Source of the DNA: Anaerolinea sp.
Lineage (GTDB): Bacteria; Chloroflexota; Anaerolineae; UBA4142
Assembly (NCBI GenBank): GCA_020722265.1
Contig: DYLA01000003.1
Location: forward strand, 4,698 to 49,121
DNA: 44,424 bases
Direction: 5' to 3'
The translations under genes and the position numbers were made by a program. Positions 22,964 to 30,623 of this stretch are shown in pieces. Position 1 is the stretch's first letter, and each line of letters opens with the position of its first letter. The notes beneath the pieces were generated by a model that saw only the letters and a program-made list of their open reading frames with translations, was not told the DNA's origin and made no database searches.

Positions 22964-23938
22964 CTACTGGACGGTCACCGAGCCGGTCATGTTCTGGTCG
23001 AGTTCGCTAAAGTACGGATACACGCCAGCATTCTGGAAAGTGAATTGAAACGTCTCGTTTGGCGCAATCGGGCCCGAACGGAACAAGCTGGTTATACTGC
23101 CCGGCACGCCACTCGTTACCGTGTGGTTGATGGCGTCTTGATTCTTCCATTGCACGGTTTCCCCACGATTGATGGTGATGGTGTTGGGCAAAAAGAGCGC
23201 ACCCTGCATAATGACCACGCGCGGAGTGCCGCCGCTCTGTGTGGCTGTGGCGGTCGGCGTGCGGGTTGGCGTTGGCGTGAGCAAGCCCGGGGTGAAGGGG
23301 AAGAGCGTCGGCGTGATCGTTGGAACGGGGGGCCACTTGACTGTGCCCGGATACGGGATGACCAGCGTCTGCCCGATGTAAATCAGGTTGGGATTGACGA
23401 TTCCGTTCACGAGCGCAATCGCGTATACCGACGTTTCGTACTTGATCGCCAGGCGGAACAAATTGTCGGTTGCCTGAACAGTGTGCGTTGGAAAAGGCGT
23501 TGGGGCGGGGGTGAGACAGGGGACGTTCAGTTGCATCCCAACGTAGACGTACGGGCTGTACAAATAGTTGGCTTGCATCAACGCGTACCACGGCACCTTG
23601 TAGCGGTACGCAATCGAGTAGATGGTGTCGCGGTACTGCACCGTGTACTTGCACGTGTACGGCGGCACCGGCGAAGGTACCGGCATCGGCGGAATGACGA
23701 GACGCTGCCCGGCGTAAATGTAGTAACTCGTCAATCCATTTGCCGCCATCAGTGCGGGCACCGTCGTGCCAAAACGCTGCGCGATGGAAAAGAGCGTGTC
23801 GCCGTACCGCACATAGTAGACCACCGGCGACTGCGCCGGCGGCGCAGCGGCGGTGACCGCCGGAATGATCGTGACCAAGAGCGCGAGAACGACGAGGGCA
23901 CCCAACGCCCGCTGAACATTCAATAGACTGGATTTCAT
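22964..23938 (-). CDS. Secreted protein: signal peptide, 3 LysM domains, C-terminal cupredoxin-like domain with degenerate copper site
   Basis: ATG at 23938 with AAAGGAGG upstream. LysM repeats 'YYVRYGDTLFSIAQRFG..', 'YTVQYRDTIYSIAYRYK..' and 'HTVQATDNLFRLAIKYE..'. C-terminal 'ITINRGETVQWKNQDAINHTV...GVYPYFSELDQNMTGSVTV' aligns by eye with plastocyanin-type 'YYCEPHxxxGMxGxVxV'. Confidence 0.75.
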   Translation of the reverse strand: MKSSLLNVQRALGALVVLALLVTIIPAVTAAAPPAQSPVVYYVRYGDTLFSIAQRFGTTVPALMAANGLTSYYIYAGQRLVIPPMPVPSPVPPYTCKYTVQYRDTIYSIAYRYKVPWYALMQANYLYSPYVYVGMQLNVPCLTPAPTPFPTHTVQATDNLFRLAIKYETSVYAIALVNGIVNPNLIYIGQTLVIPYPGTVKWPPVPTITPTLFPFTPGLLTPTPTRTPTATATQSGGTPRVVIMQGALFLPNTITINRGETVQWKNQDAINHTVTSGVPGSITSLFRSGPIAPNETFQFTFQNAGVYPYFSELDQNMTGSVTVQ

Positions 23939-23997
23939 CAGACCTCCTTTGTTGCCGTGGCGCAAGATGTTCCATCGTGCCCATCGGTTACACAAGG

Positions 23998-24026
23998 ATT
24001 ATATCACAAGTCGCGTCCAAAGAAAA
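23998..24026 (-). promoter_or_regulatory. Candidate extended -10 promoter of the LysM gene
   Basis: Minus strand reads TTTTCT, 17-nt spacer, TGA-TATAAT. Lies 60 nt upstream of the ATG. Confidence 0.4.
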
Positions 24027-24046
24027 GGGGGCTCCTATCTTCCCAT

Positions 24047-25570
24047 TCAACGATTCCCCTCCACCACGTTCCCGTCCGTTTGCCCTTCCTGCACAATCGT
24101 CTTGCCATTGCGGACAAAGGTATTGCCGATAATCCGGTTCTGAATCGAATTTAGGAGACGGACGCCGACGACGGCATTGTCCCGCAAAGTGTTTCCTTCG
24201 ATGAGATTGCCGCGCGAGGCGTACTGGTCGGGGGATGGCGGCAGAAAGTAAAAGCGCTGGGTATCCCGCGTGAACGCGTCGTCCCAGTAGAAGAAAATCC
24301 CCTCGCGCGCGTTGATGACCTGATTGTCCTTGACGATGCTCTCGCGGCTGTTGTACGAAATGATGCCGTGATTCATCATATCGCGAATCACGTTTCCGCG
24401 CACCTCCGTGCCAGTCGAAAAGCCAAACCACACCGCGTCCAACGACCCCGTCATCTCATTGCCAATCACGTGGTTCCCTTTGCAGAACGAGAACTCGATG
24501 GCGTTGTACAGCGCGTCAACGATCTTGTTGTTCTGAATCACGTTCTCATCGCCGCAGCGTGTGCCGTGCGCTTTGATGAACACACCGTTCGCGTTTTGCC
24601 CGCTTATCGTGTTGTCCTTGACGAGGTTGCGACTCGCCCCGTCTTGCAGGATAATCGCCGCCGCGTCGCAGCCGCGAGCCACGATGCCATCGCCCCAGGC
24701 GCAGTAACGCACGTTGTCGCGCAGCGTATTGTTCGACACTTCGCTATCTTGTGTGTTCAGCAGACTGATGCCCCACGCCGAGTTGTTCACCGCCGTGTTG
24801 TTGCGGACGAGGACTTGCTGGCTGTTGCGGATGTCAATGCCGATTGCGCCGTTGTTCGTCACGTTGTTCTCGACACGCGCATTCTGCACATAGTCGAGCC
24901 GAATGCCGCCCCCTTCGACCAGGCCGAGAAAGATGCCAAATCGCCGCGCGTCCGTATCGTCATAGTTGTTGGAGAAATCGTTGTGATGGATATTCAGGTT
25001 GACGCCCGCTTCGGCGAAGAGCCCGGCGCGACTCTTGGAGACTTTGCAATTTCTGATTTCGACGTTCGTCGGCGTCTGTAGCAGGGGGAAATTGTACTTG
25101 CGAATCCAGAAACCGTACCCGCCGTAATTGATACCTTCGATGCTATAGTGGTTGCAGTCAATCACCACGTCGCTTGCCTGCACGATCATACAGTCGAAGC
25201 GTTTCACGTCCGCCGTCTTGACATCGCGAGTCAGAATGTAATAGCCCGATTGCCAGATGTGCGAGCAAGTCCCCATCAGCGTCGGCGTGACGAAAGGGGT
25301 AGGCGTCGCAGTGGGGTGGGGCGTGTTCGTCGCGCTAGGCGTCGGCGTGCTAGTCGCGGTTGCGCTCGCGGTCGGTGTGGCCCTAGGCGGCGCAGTCGCC
25401 GCGCGGGTCGGCGCGACCGTGACGCTGTCCCCCCTGGGCGTGCGCGATGGAATTCGAGTGCGCGTGAGCGTTGGGCTGACAGGCGGTTCGGTTGGCGATG
25501 ACGCCGTCGCGCACGCGACCAGTGACAGGGCGAAAATGATGACGAGCGCGGCTTGAAGGTAGGGGCGCAT
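24047..25570 (-). CDS. Lipoprotein with right-handed parallel beta-helix (NosD/pectate-lyase-like) repeats
   Basis: ATG at 25570. 'LVAC' lipobox, a ~90-aa Pro/Thr/Ala-rich linker, then repeated 'N.I..N / G I.L' beta-helix turns ('NNTAVNNSAWGISL', 'NNTLRDN', 'GNTLRDNAVVGVRL'). Confidence 0.7.
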   Translation of the reverse strand: MRPYLQAALVIIFALSLVACATASSPTEPPVSPTLTRTRIPSRTPRGDSVTVAPTRAATAPPRATPTASATATSTPTPSATNTPHPTATPTPFVTPTLMGTCSHIWQSGYYILTRDVKTADVKRFDCMIVQASDVVIDCNHYSIEGINYGGYGFWIRKYNFPLLQTPTNVEIRNCKVSKSRAGLFAEAGVNLNIHHNDFSNNYDDTDARRFGIFLGLVEGGGIRLDYVQNARVENNVTNNGAIGIDIRNSQQVLVRNNTAVNNSAWGISLLNTQDSEVSNNTLRDNVRYCAWGDGIVARGCDAAAIILQDGASRNLVKDNTISGQNANGVFIKAHGTRCGDENVIQNNKIVDALYNAIEFSFCKGNHVIGNEMTGSLDAVWFGFSTGTEVRGNVIRDMMNHGIISYNSRESIVKDNQVINAREGIFFYWDDAFTRDTQRFYFLPPSPDQYASRGNLIEGNTLRDNAVVGVRLLNSIQNRIIGNTFVRNGKTIVQEGQTDGNVVEGNR

Positions 25571-25603
25571 AGTGTCCTCTTTGACGCAAATTGGGTGTGC
25601 GCG

Positions 25604-25631
25604 AGTATAACACAATGCGGCGTGGAGTCAA
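25604..25631 (-). promoter_or_regulatory. Sigma70-type promoter of the beta-helix lipoprotein gene
   Basis: Minus strand reads TTGACT, 16-nt spacer, TATACT. Lies 33 nt upstream of ATG 25570. Confidence 0.5.
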
Positions 25632-25636
25632 AGTCT

Positions 25637-25665
25637 TTGACACGCGCGCCATTTTGCGTTACTAT
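25637..25665 (+). promoter_or_regulatory. Sigma70-type promoter of the translin-PP2C operon
   Basis: TTGACA, 17-nt spacer, TACTAT. Followed by AAGGAGG (25691-25697) and GTG at 25702. Confidence 0.6.
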
Positions 25666-25701
25666 GTCCCCCGTCTCACTGTTCCACTGGAAGGAGGACT
25701 C

Positions 25702-26340
25702 GTGCAAGCACTCGATTCGATGGGCGAGCGGATTCGCCAGACGCTAGAAGCGAAGAACCGCGCGCGTGACGCCGCGCTGGCGGCGTCACGCGAACTCATC
25801 CGCCATTGCGCGCTCTCGATTCGCGCGACGCATCGCGCCGAGTACGCCCAAGCCGCGCAATTGCTCGCGCGCGCGAGAGAAATCGCCGCGCAGATGAAGG
25901 ACGCCGTCGCCGCGTATCCCGATTTGTATTTCACCGGCTATACGCAGGACGCGTTGAAAGAGATGGTAGAGGCGCACATCGTCCATGCCCTCATCACCGG
26001 CGCGCCATTGCCAGACCCGGAAACGCTCGGCGTCGAGTACGCCGCGTACCTGAACGGCTTGGGCGAAGCGGCGGGCGAACTGCGCCGCTACGCGCTCGAC
26101 ACCCTGCGCGTTCGGCAGGATACCAGCGCGCGCGTCGAACAAGTGCTGGACGCGATGGAGGACATCTATTCGCTCTTGGTGACGATGGATTTCCCCGACG
26201 CGTTGACCGGCGGCTTGCGCCGCACGACCGATATGGTGCGCGGCGTCCTCGAACGCACGCGCGGTGACCTGACGGTGGCGGCGCGGCAAGAAAAACTCGA
26301 ACGGACGTTGAAGGAGTTCGAAGACAAGTTGGGGCGATGA
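25702..26340 (+). CDS. Translin family protein
   Basis: GTG at 25702 downstream of the promoter and SD (ATG at 25720 is the alternative). All-helical ~210 aa. 'YLNGLGEAAGELRRYALD' and 'FPDALTGGLRRTTDMVRGVLERTRGDL' match the translin/TRAX signature regions. Confidence 0.7.
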   Translation: MQALDSMGERIRQTLEAKNRARDAALAASRELIRHCALSIRATHRAEYAQAAQLLARAREIAAQMKDAVAAYPDLYFTGYTQDALKEMVEAHIVHALITGAPLPDPETLGVEYAAYLNGLGEAAGELRRYALDTLRVRQDTSARVEQVLDAMEDIYSLLVTMDFPDALTGGLRRTTDMVRGVLERTRGDLTVAARQEKLERTLKEFEDKLGR

Positions 26341-26356
26341 TGAGCGAGCCACAGGT

Positions 26357-29300
26357 ATGACGCGCCACTCTTTTTTCGCGACTGTCTACGCGCTCGGCAT
26401 TGGACTGTTTGGCATCGCCGCGCTCATCGCGTTGACCGATGGGAACGCGCTGTTCGCGCAGGCGGGTCCGTTGGCGTTATTCGTCGCGCTATCGTTCGTG
26501 CTCAAGCGCGCTGGGTTTCACGCCGCGCCTCAAGTCACGCACAGTCTCGTCGGCATCGTGGATTTGGCGGCGGTGCTGATTTTCGGTCCGATTCTCGGCG
26601 CGTGGGTTGCCGCGCTCAGCGGATTCTTCTACCTCTTCCTCAACGCCTTGCGTCACGAAAAACACACGCGGCACAACCTGATCGAATTGCCGATTTTCAA
26701 CGCCGGTCTGAAAATCGGAATGGCGTACGCGAGCACGCACGCGTATCTTTGGCTGGGAGGAACGTTTCCGCCGCGCCAACTCACGCCGGTCTCCCTCGCG
26801 CCGTTGTTGGGCGCGGTGCTCGCGTGGTTCGTGTGCGATCACATCGGTTGGGGCGCGCTCGAATTCTTGCGCGGGGGGCGCGCGGGGTTGCTCGCCTTCT
26901 ACCGTTCCATCTTCATCTATTCGCTCTTGATGGAACTCGTGCCCCTCCCCTTTGCCATTGTCATCGCGGTCACGTACGTCTCCGGCGACCCGGGCATCTT
27001 TTTGATGCTGGCGTTCGGTTTGGTCGGCACTGCGCTGATCGTGCAGCGTTTTGCCGATACGAGCGCGCGGCTCGAACAACGACGCCGTGAATTGACCGCC
27101 CTCAACGAATTCGGGCAGGCGCTCACGCGCGCGACCTTCGACGCCGAGCAGGTGATTGACCTGCTGTACGCGCATACTCCTCCCATCGCCTTTGCCGATT
27201 TGGTTCGCATCGAACTGGACGATGGCAAAGGGGGAATGATCCTCGCGCTCGAAGCGACGCGTGGGCGGGTGCAACATCCGAACCAGCGCCAAGACGATTC
27301 GCCCTTGCCCGACTATTTTTCCCGCCAACGTAATCCCCTGCGCGTGCGGGATGCGGCGCGGTCGCTCGTCGTTCCCGCCGACGCCACGGCCGTGGCGATG
27401 GCGGTGCTCTCCCGCGCGCCGATTGCCGGCGCGACGCCGCGTAGCGCGCTGATCGTGCCGCTCTTCGCTGGCGACGCGTGGATCGGTGCGATGTCCCTCT
27501 TTTGTGCGCGCCCGCGCGCGTTCTTTCGACAGCAAGAGCAGAATCTCGTTTCGATGTGCGCGCAGGCAGCCGTGGCGATTCAAAACGCGCGCCTGTACGC
27601 CGCCGAACGCAAGCGCGCGGCGCAGTTGGCGATCATCAGCCAAGTCAGTCGTCAGGTGGCGTCGTTTCTCGATATTGACGAACTCTTGCAGAACGTCGTC
27701 GCGCAGATCCGCGACCGCTTTGGCTATTCGAGCGTCCATATCTTCACGATGGAGAACGAATCGGGCTATGTCCTCTTTCGCGCCAGCACGCACCCGCGCG
27801 GGGCGGAATGGCGCGCCCGCGGCGTCCGCTTGCGCGTCGGGTTGGAAGGCATCGTCGGCTGGGTCGCCGCGACGCGCGAACCGCTCTTGGTGAACGATGT
27901 GCGCCAAGAAAAACGTTTTCTCCTTGATCCGGACAAGGCGCTTGCCGACACGTGTTCGGAACTCGCGGTGCCGCTCATTTGCGGCGAGCAGGTGCGCGGC
28001 GTTCTCGATGTGCAAAGCGCCGAGTTGAACGCGTTCAACGACGACGACCTGTTCGTGCTCAAGACCCTTGCCGCCCAAGTCGCGATCGCACTGGAGGATG
28101 CGCGGCTCTACAACGCCCAACGCGAAGAAGCGTACTATCTCAACGTGCTCCTTCAGGTCGCACAGAACCTCACGGCGGCGACGAACCTCGACGAGGCGTT
28201 GGAGACGGTCGTCCGCATCACGCCGCTCCTCGTCGGAGTGGCGCGTTGCGTGATCTTGGTGTACGACGCGTCGGCGCAGGTCTTTGTGCCTGCCAAAGTC
28301 TATGGCTTGTCGCGTGACCTGCAAGAGGAATTTCAAAAATTGCGCTTTCCTGCCGATAACGCCTTGTTGTTTGGCAAACTCGCGCGCGAACAAAAGCCAC
28401 TGCTGATCGAGGATGCCGCCGCGAGCGAGTTGATTGACCCGCGTTATCCGCAAACCTTCGACATCCGTTCGTTGCTGGTCGTGCCACTGATGACGCGCGG
28501 CGAGATCGTCGGCGCGCTGCTGGTGGATCAGGGCGCGCGTCCGACGCGATTCACTCCACACGAAATTGACGTGGTGATGGGCATCGCCCACCAAGCCGGC
28601 GCCGCTATCGAAAGTATGCGGCTCGCGGGCGAGGCGGAAGAGAAAAAGCGTATGGAGTACGAGTTGGGGCTGGCGCGGCAAATCCAAACCAGTTTTCTCC
28701 CCGAAGCGTGCCCGCGTATACCCGGCTATCAGATTGGCGCGATGTGGCAAACGGCGCGCGAGGTCAGCGGCGATTTCTACGATTTCGTCACGCTGCACAG
28801 CCATCGTCTGGGCATCACCATCGCCGATGTGTCCGACAAGGGAATGGCGGCGGCGCTCTTTATGGCGCTCGCGCGCACGATTCTGCGGACGATGGCGATC
28901 GGCAAGCCGACGCCGCGTGAAGCCGTCGAACGCGCGAACGATGTGATCCTCGCGGACGCGCGCGCGGAGATGTTCGTGACCGTCTGCTACGCAGTGCTCG
29001 ACCCGCAGCAGCATCGCGTCACGTACGTCAACGCCGGGCATATGCCACCGCTCCTTTACCGCGCCGCACAAGATCAGGTGAGCACGCTCAGCGCACACGG
29101 CATCGCGCTGGGGGTGGTGCCGAACATCACGCTCGACGAGTATCAGGTTGATCTCGCGCCCGGCGACGTGCTCTTGTTCTACACCGATGGCCTGACCGAC
29201 GCGATCAACGCGCAGGAAGAGGAATTCGGGATGGAACGCCTCGCGGCTCTCGTCGCGGCGAACGCGCGCGCGTCCAGCGATACGCTCGTCGCGGAAATTT

Positions 29301-29389
29301 CTCGCGCCGTGACCGAGTTCGCCGGCGAGGGGGTGTGCTTTGACGACCTTACGATGGTTGTGCTTCGCCGGATGGCGGACGGCGAATAA
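26357..29389 (+). CDS. Membrane sensor: ~7 TM N-terminus, three GAF-like domains, C-terminal PP2C/SpoIIE phosphatase
   Basis: Hydrophobic first ~230 aa. Three ~160-aa GAF-like repeats ('..AELAVPLICGEQVRGVLDVQS', '..SLLVVPLMTRGEIVGALLVDQ'). PP2C motifs 'SGDFYDF', 'ADVSDKGMAAALFM' and 'LLFYTDGLTDA'. Confidence 0.85.
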   Translation: MTRHSFFATVYALGIGLFGIAALIALTDGNALFAQAGPLALFVALSFVLKRAGFHAAPQVTHSLVGIVDLAAVLIFGPILGAWVAALSGFFYLFLNALRHEKHTRHNLIELPIFNAGLKIGMAYASTHAYLWLGGTFPPRQLTPVSLAPLLGAVLAWFVCDHIGWGALEFLRGGRAGLLAFYRSIFIYSLLMELVPLPFAIVIAVTYVSGDPGIFLMLAFGLVGTALIVQRFADTSARLEQRRRELTALNEFGQALTRATFDAEQVIDLLYAHTPPIAFADLVRIELDDGKGGMILALEATRGRVQHPNQRQDDSPLPDYFSRQRNPLRVRDAARSLVVPADATAVAMAVLSRAPIAGATPRSALIVPLFAGDAWIGAMSLFCARPRAFFRQQEQNLVSMCAQAAVAIQNARLYAAERKRAAQLAIISQVSRQVASFLDIDELLQNVVAQIRDRFGYSSVHIFTMENESGYVLFRASTHPRGAEWRARGVRLRVGLEGIVGWVAATREPLLVNDVRQEKRFLLDPDKALADTCSELAVPLICGEQVRGVLDVQSAELNAFNDDDLFVLKTLAAQVAIALEDARLYNAQREEAYYLNVLLQVAQNLTAATNLDEALETVVRITPLLVGVARCVILVYDASAQVFVPAKVYGLSRDLQEEFQKLRFPADNALLFGKLAREQKPLLIEDAAASELIDPRYPQTFDIRSLLVVPLMTRGEIVGALLVDQGARPTRFTPHEIDVVMGIAHQAGAAIESMRLAGEAEEKKRMEYELGLARQIQTSFLPEACPRIPGYQIGAMWQTAREVSGDFYDFVTLHSHRLGITIADVSDKGMAAALFMALARTILRTMAIGKPTPREAVERANDVILADARAEMFVTVCYAVLDPQQHRVTYVNAGHMPPLLYRAAQDQVSTLSAHGIALGVVPNITLDEYQVDLAPGDVLLFYTDGLTDAINAQEEEFGMERLAALVAANARASSDTLVAEISRAVTEFAGEGVCFDDLTMVVLRRMADGE

Positions 29390-29410
29390 AGCGTCGGACA
29401 AAAAGAAAAA

Positions 29411-29438
29411 CTCAGGGGGAGGAGGAACCCTGAGTTTT
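29411..29438 (+). terminator. Rho-independent terminator of the translin-PP2C operon
   Basis: CTCAGGG-(10 nt)-CCCTGAG followed by TTTT. Lies 22 nt after the stop. Confidence 0.7.
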
Positions 29439-29527
29439 CGTCAAGACGCTGATGAAGATTGGCGTCTTGTGCGCCCCTAGTGTAGCGCAGATTCGCCGCC
29501 TTGTCACTAGGATTCTTTGCCTATGCT

Positions 29528-29567
29528 TAGCCTAGATTTCGCACTCCGCTTGCCAGGGTGCGAAAGC
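29528..29567. repeat. REP-like element, copy 2 (compact hairpin form)
   Basis: TAGCCTAGATTTCGCAC-(11 nt)-GGGTGCGAAAGC. The 8-bp stem TTTCGCAC/GTGCGAAA is shared with copy 1. Confidence 0.6.
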
Positions 29568-29589
29568 GGGGCGTGGTACCCCGTCGCAC

Positions 29590-29618
29590 AAAAAAAGACC
29601 CCCGCAATCCCGGAGGTC
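29590..29618 (-). terminator. Rho-independent terminator of tRNA-Lys
   Basis: Minus strand reads GACCTCCG-GGATTG-CGGGGGTC followed by TTTTTTT. Confidence 0.7.
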
Positions 29619-29627
29619 GGCGTCGTG

Positions 29628-29700
29628 TGATCCGCGCGAGACTCGAACTCGCAACCCACTGATTAAGAGTCAGTTGCTCTGCCAGTTGAGCTAGCGGACC
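29628..29700 (-). tRNA. tRNA-Lys (anticodon CUU), 73 nt, CCA not encoded
   Basis: Reverse complement GGTCCGC-TA-GCTC-AACTGGCA-GAGC-A-ACTGA-CTCTTAA-TCAGT-GGGTT-GCGAG-TTCGAGT-CTCGC-GCGGATC-A folds as a canonical cloverleaf. Confidence 0.9.
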
Positions 29701-29732
29701 CTCTCGACATTCGCTATTCTAGCACGATTCAC

Positions 29733-29760
29733 TTGACTTGGCAAATTGCGCCGATAGTAT
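29733..29760 (+). promoter_or_regulatory. Sigma70-type promoter placed for a leaderless transcript
   Basis: TTGACT, 16-nt spacer, TAGTAT. Only 6 nt separate the -10 box from ATG 29767. Confidence 0.5.
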
Positions 29761-29766
29761 GAGGCT

Positions 29767-30537
29767 ATGCCCACACTCATTCATCTCTCTGACCTTCACT
29801 TTGGTTCGGTTCACATCCCGCGCTTGAGCGAGAGGATTCTGCAAGACATCGCCGCCTTGAATCCAGATGCGATCGTCATCTCTGGCGATTTTACGCTGCG
29901 CGCGCGTCCGCAGGAGTTTCTCGCCGCGCGCGCGTTTCTGGATCGCCTCGCGCAGCCGACGCTGGCGATTCCAGGCAATCACGATCAACCGCTCTTCCAC
30001 CCGTTCGAGCGGCTGACGCGACCGTTCGCGCGCTATCGGCATTACCTCTGCCCGGAAACCGATTCGACGCTGGCAGTCGCCGGCTGGTTCATCGTCGGCT
30101 TGAACGATAATCGTCCGATTCTGCCGGGTGGCTTTTGGTCGCGCGCACAGCGCGCGTGGCTGGAGGAGCAACTCGCGCGCGCGCCGCACGGCGCGGTGAA
30201 GGTCGTCGCCACGCATCACCATTTATTGTGGGAGGGCAAATGGCGTCCGGCGGGATTCTGGTATCCGTCGCGCGCGCTCGCGTGGCTTGCGCGCGGCGGC
30301 GTCGAGTTGGTGTTGAATGGGCACACGCACACGCCGCACGTCGCACAGACGCGCGAGGGGATCGTCGTTGCGCGCGCGGGAACAGCGACGAGTTCGCGCA
30401 CGCGGCACGGGCAGGGCAACAGTTACCACTTGATCGTGGTTGACGAGAGGCAGATCGCGGTGTTCACGCGCGAGTACGACGCGCGCGCAGACGCGTTCGT
30501 CACCGCACGCGCGACCACGTTCGAGCGGAAGGGGTGA
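29767..30537 (+). CDS. Metallophosphoesterase (calcineurin-like)
   Basis: 'LSDLHFG', 'ISGDFT', 'PGNHD', 'ATHHH' and 'NGHTH' motifs in canonical order. Confidence 0.85.
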   Translation: MPTLIHLSDLHFGSVHIPRLSERILQDIAALNPDAIVISGDFTLRARPQEFLAARAFLDRLAQPTLAIPGNHDQPLFHPFERLTRPFARYRHYLCPETDSTLAVAGWFIVGLNDNRPILPGGFWSRAQRAWLEEQLARAPHGAVKVVATHHHLLWEGKWRPAGFWYPSRALAWLARGGVELVLNGHTHTPHVAQTREGIVVARAGTATSSRTRHGQGNSYHLIVVDERQIAVFTREYDARADAFVTARATTFERKG

Positions 30538-30623
30538 TACGAAGAAACGCCGGTATTTTTCCTCCCTGATCCGTGTTCTCTTGTATCAGTCGAAGAATCC
30601 CTGGGTTTGCGGCTGTGCCGTGC

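Noticed and set aside
26489-29401. 970-aa minus-strand ORF antisense to the GAF-PP2C gene
   Set aside because: No recognisable motifs and an Arg/His/Asp-rich composition. The plus-strand frame carries unmistakable PP2C and GAF motifs.
29390-29766. tRNA-Lys as an integration hotspot or genomic island boundary
   Set aside because: No integrase, no direct repeat of the tRNA 3' end, and no abrupt compositional change that I can see on either side. The flanking genes look like ordinary chromosomal genes.
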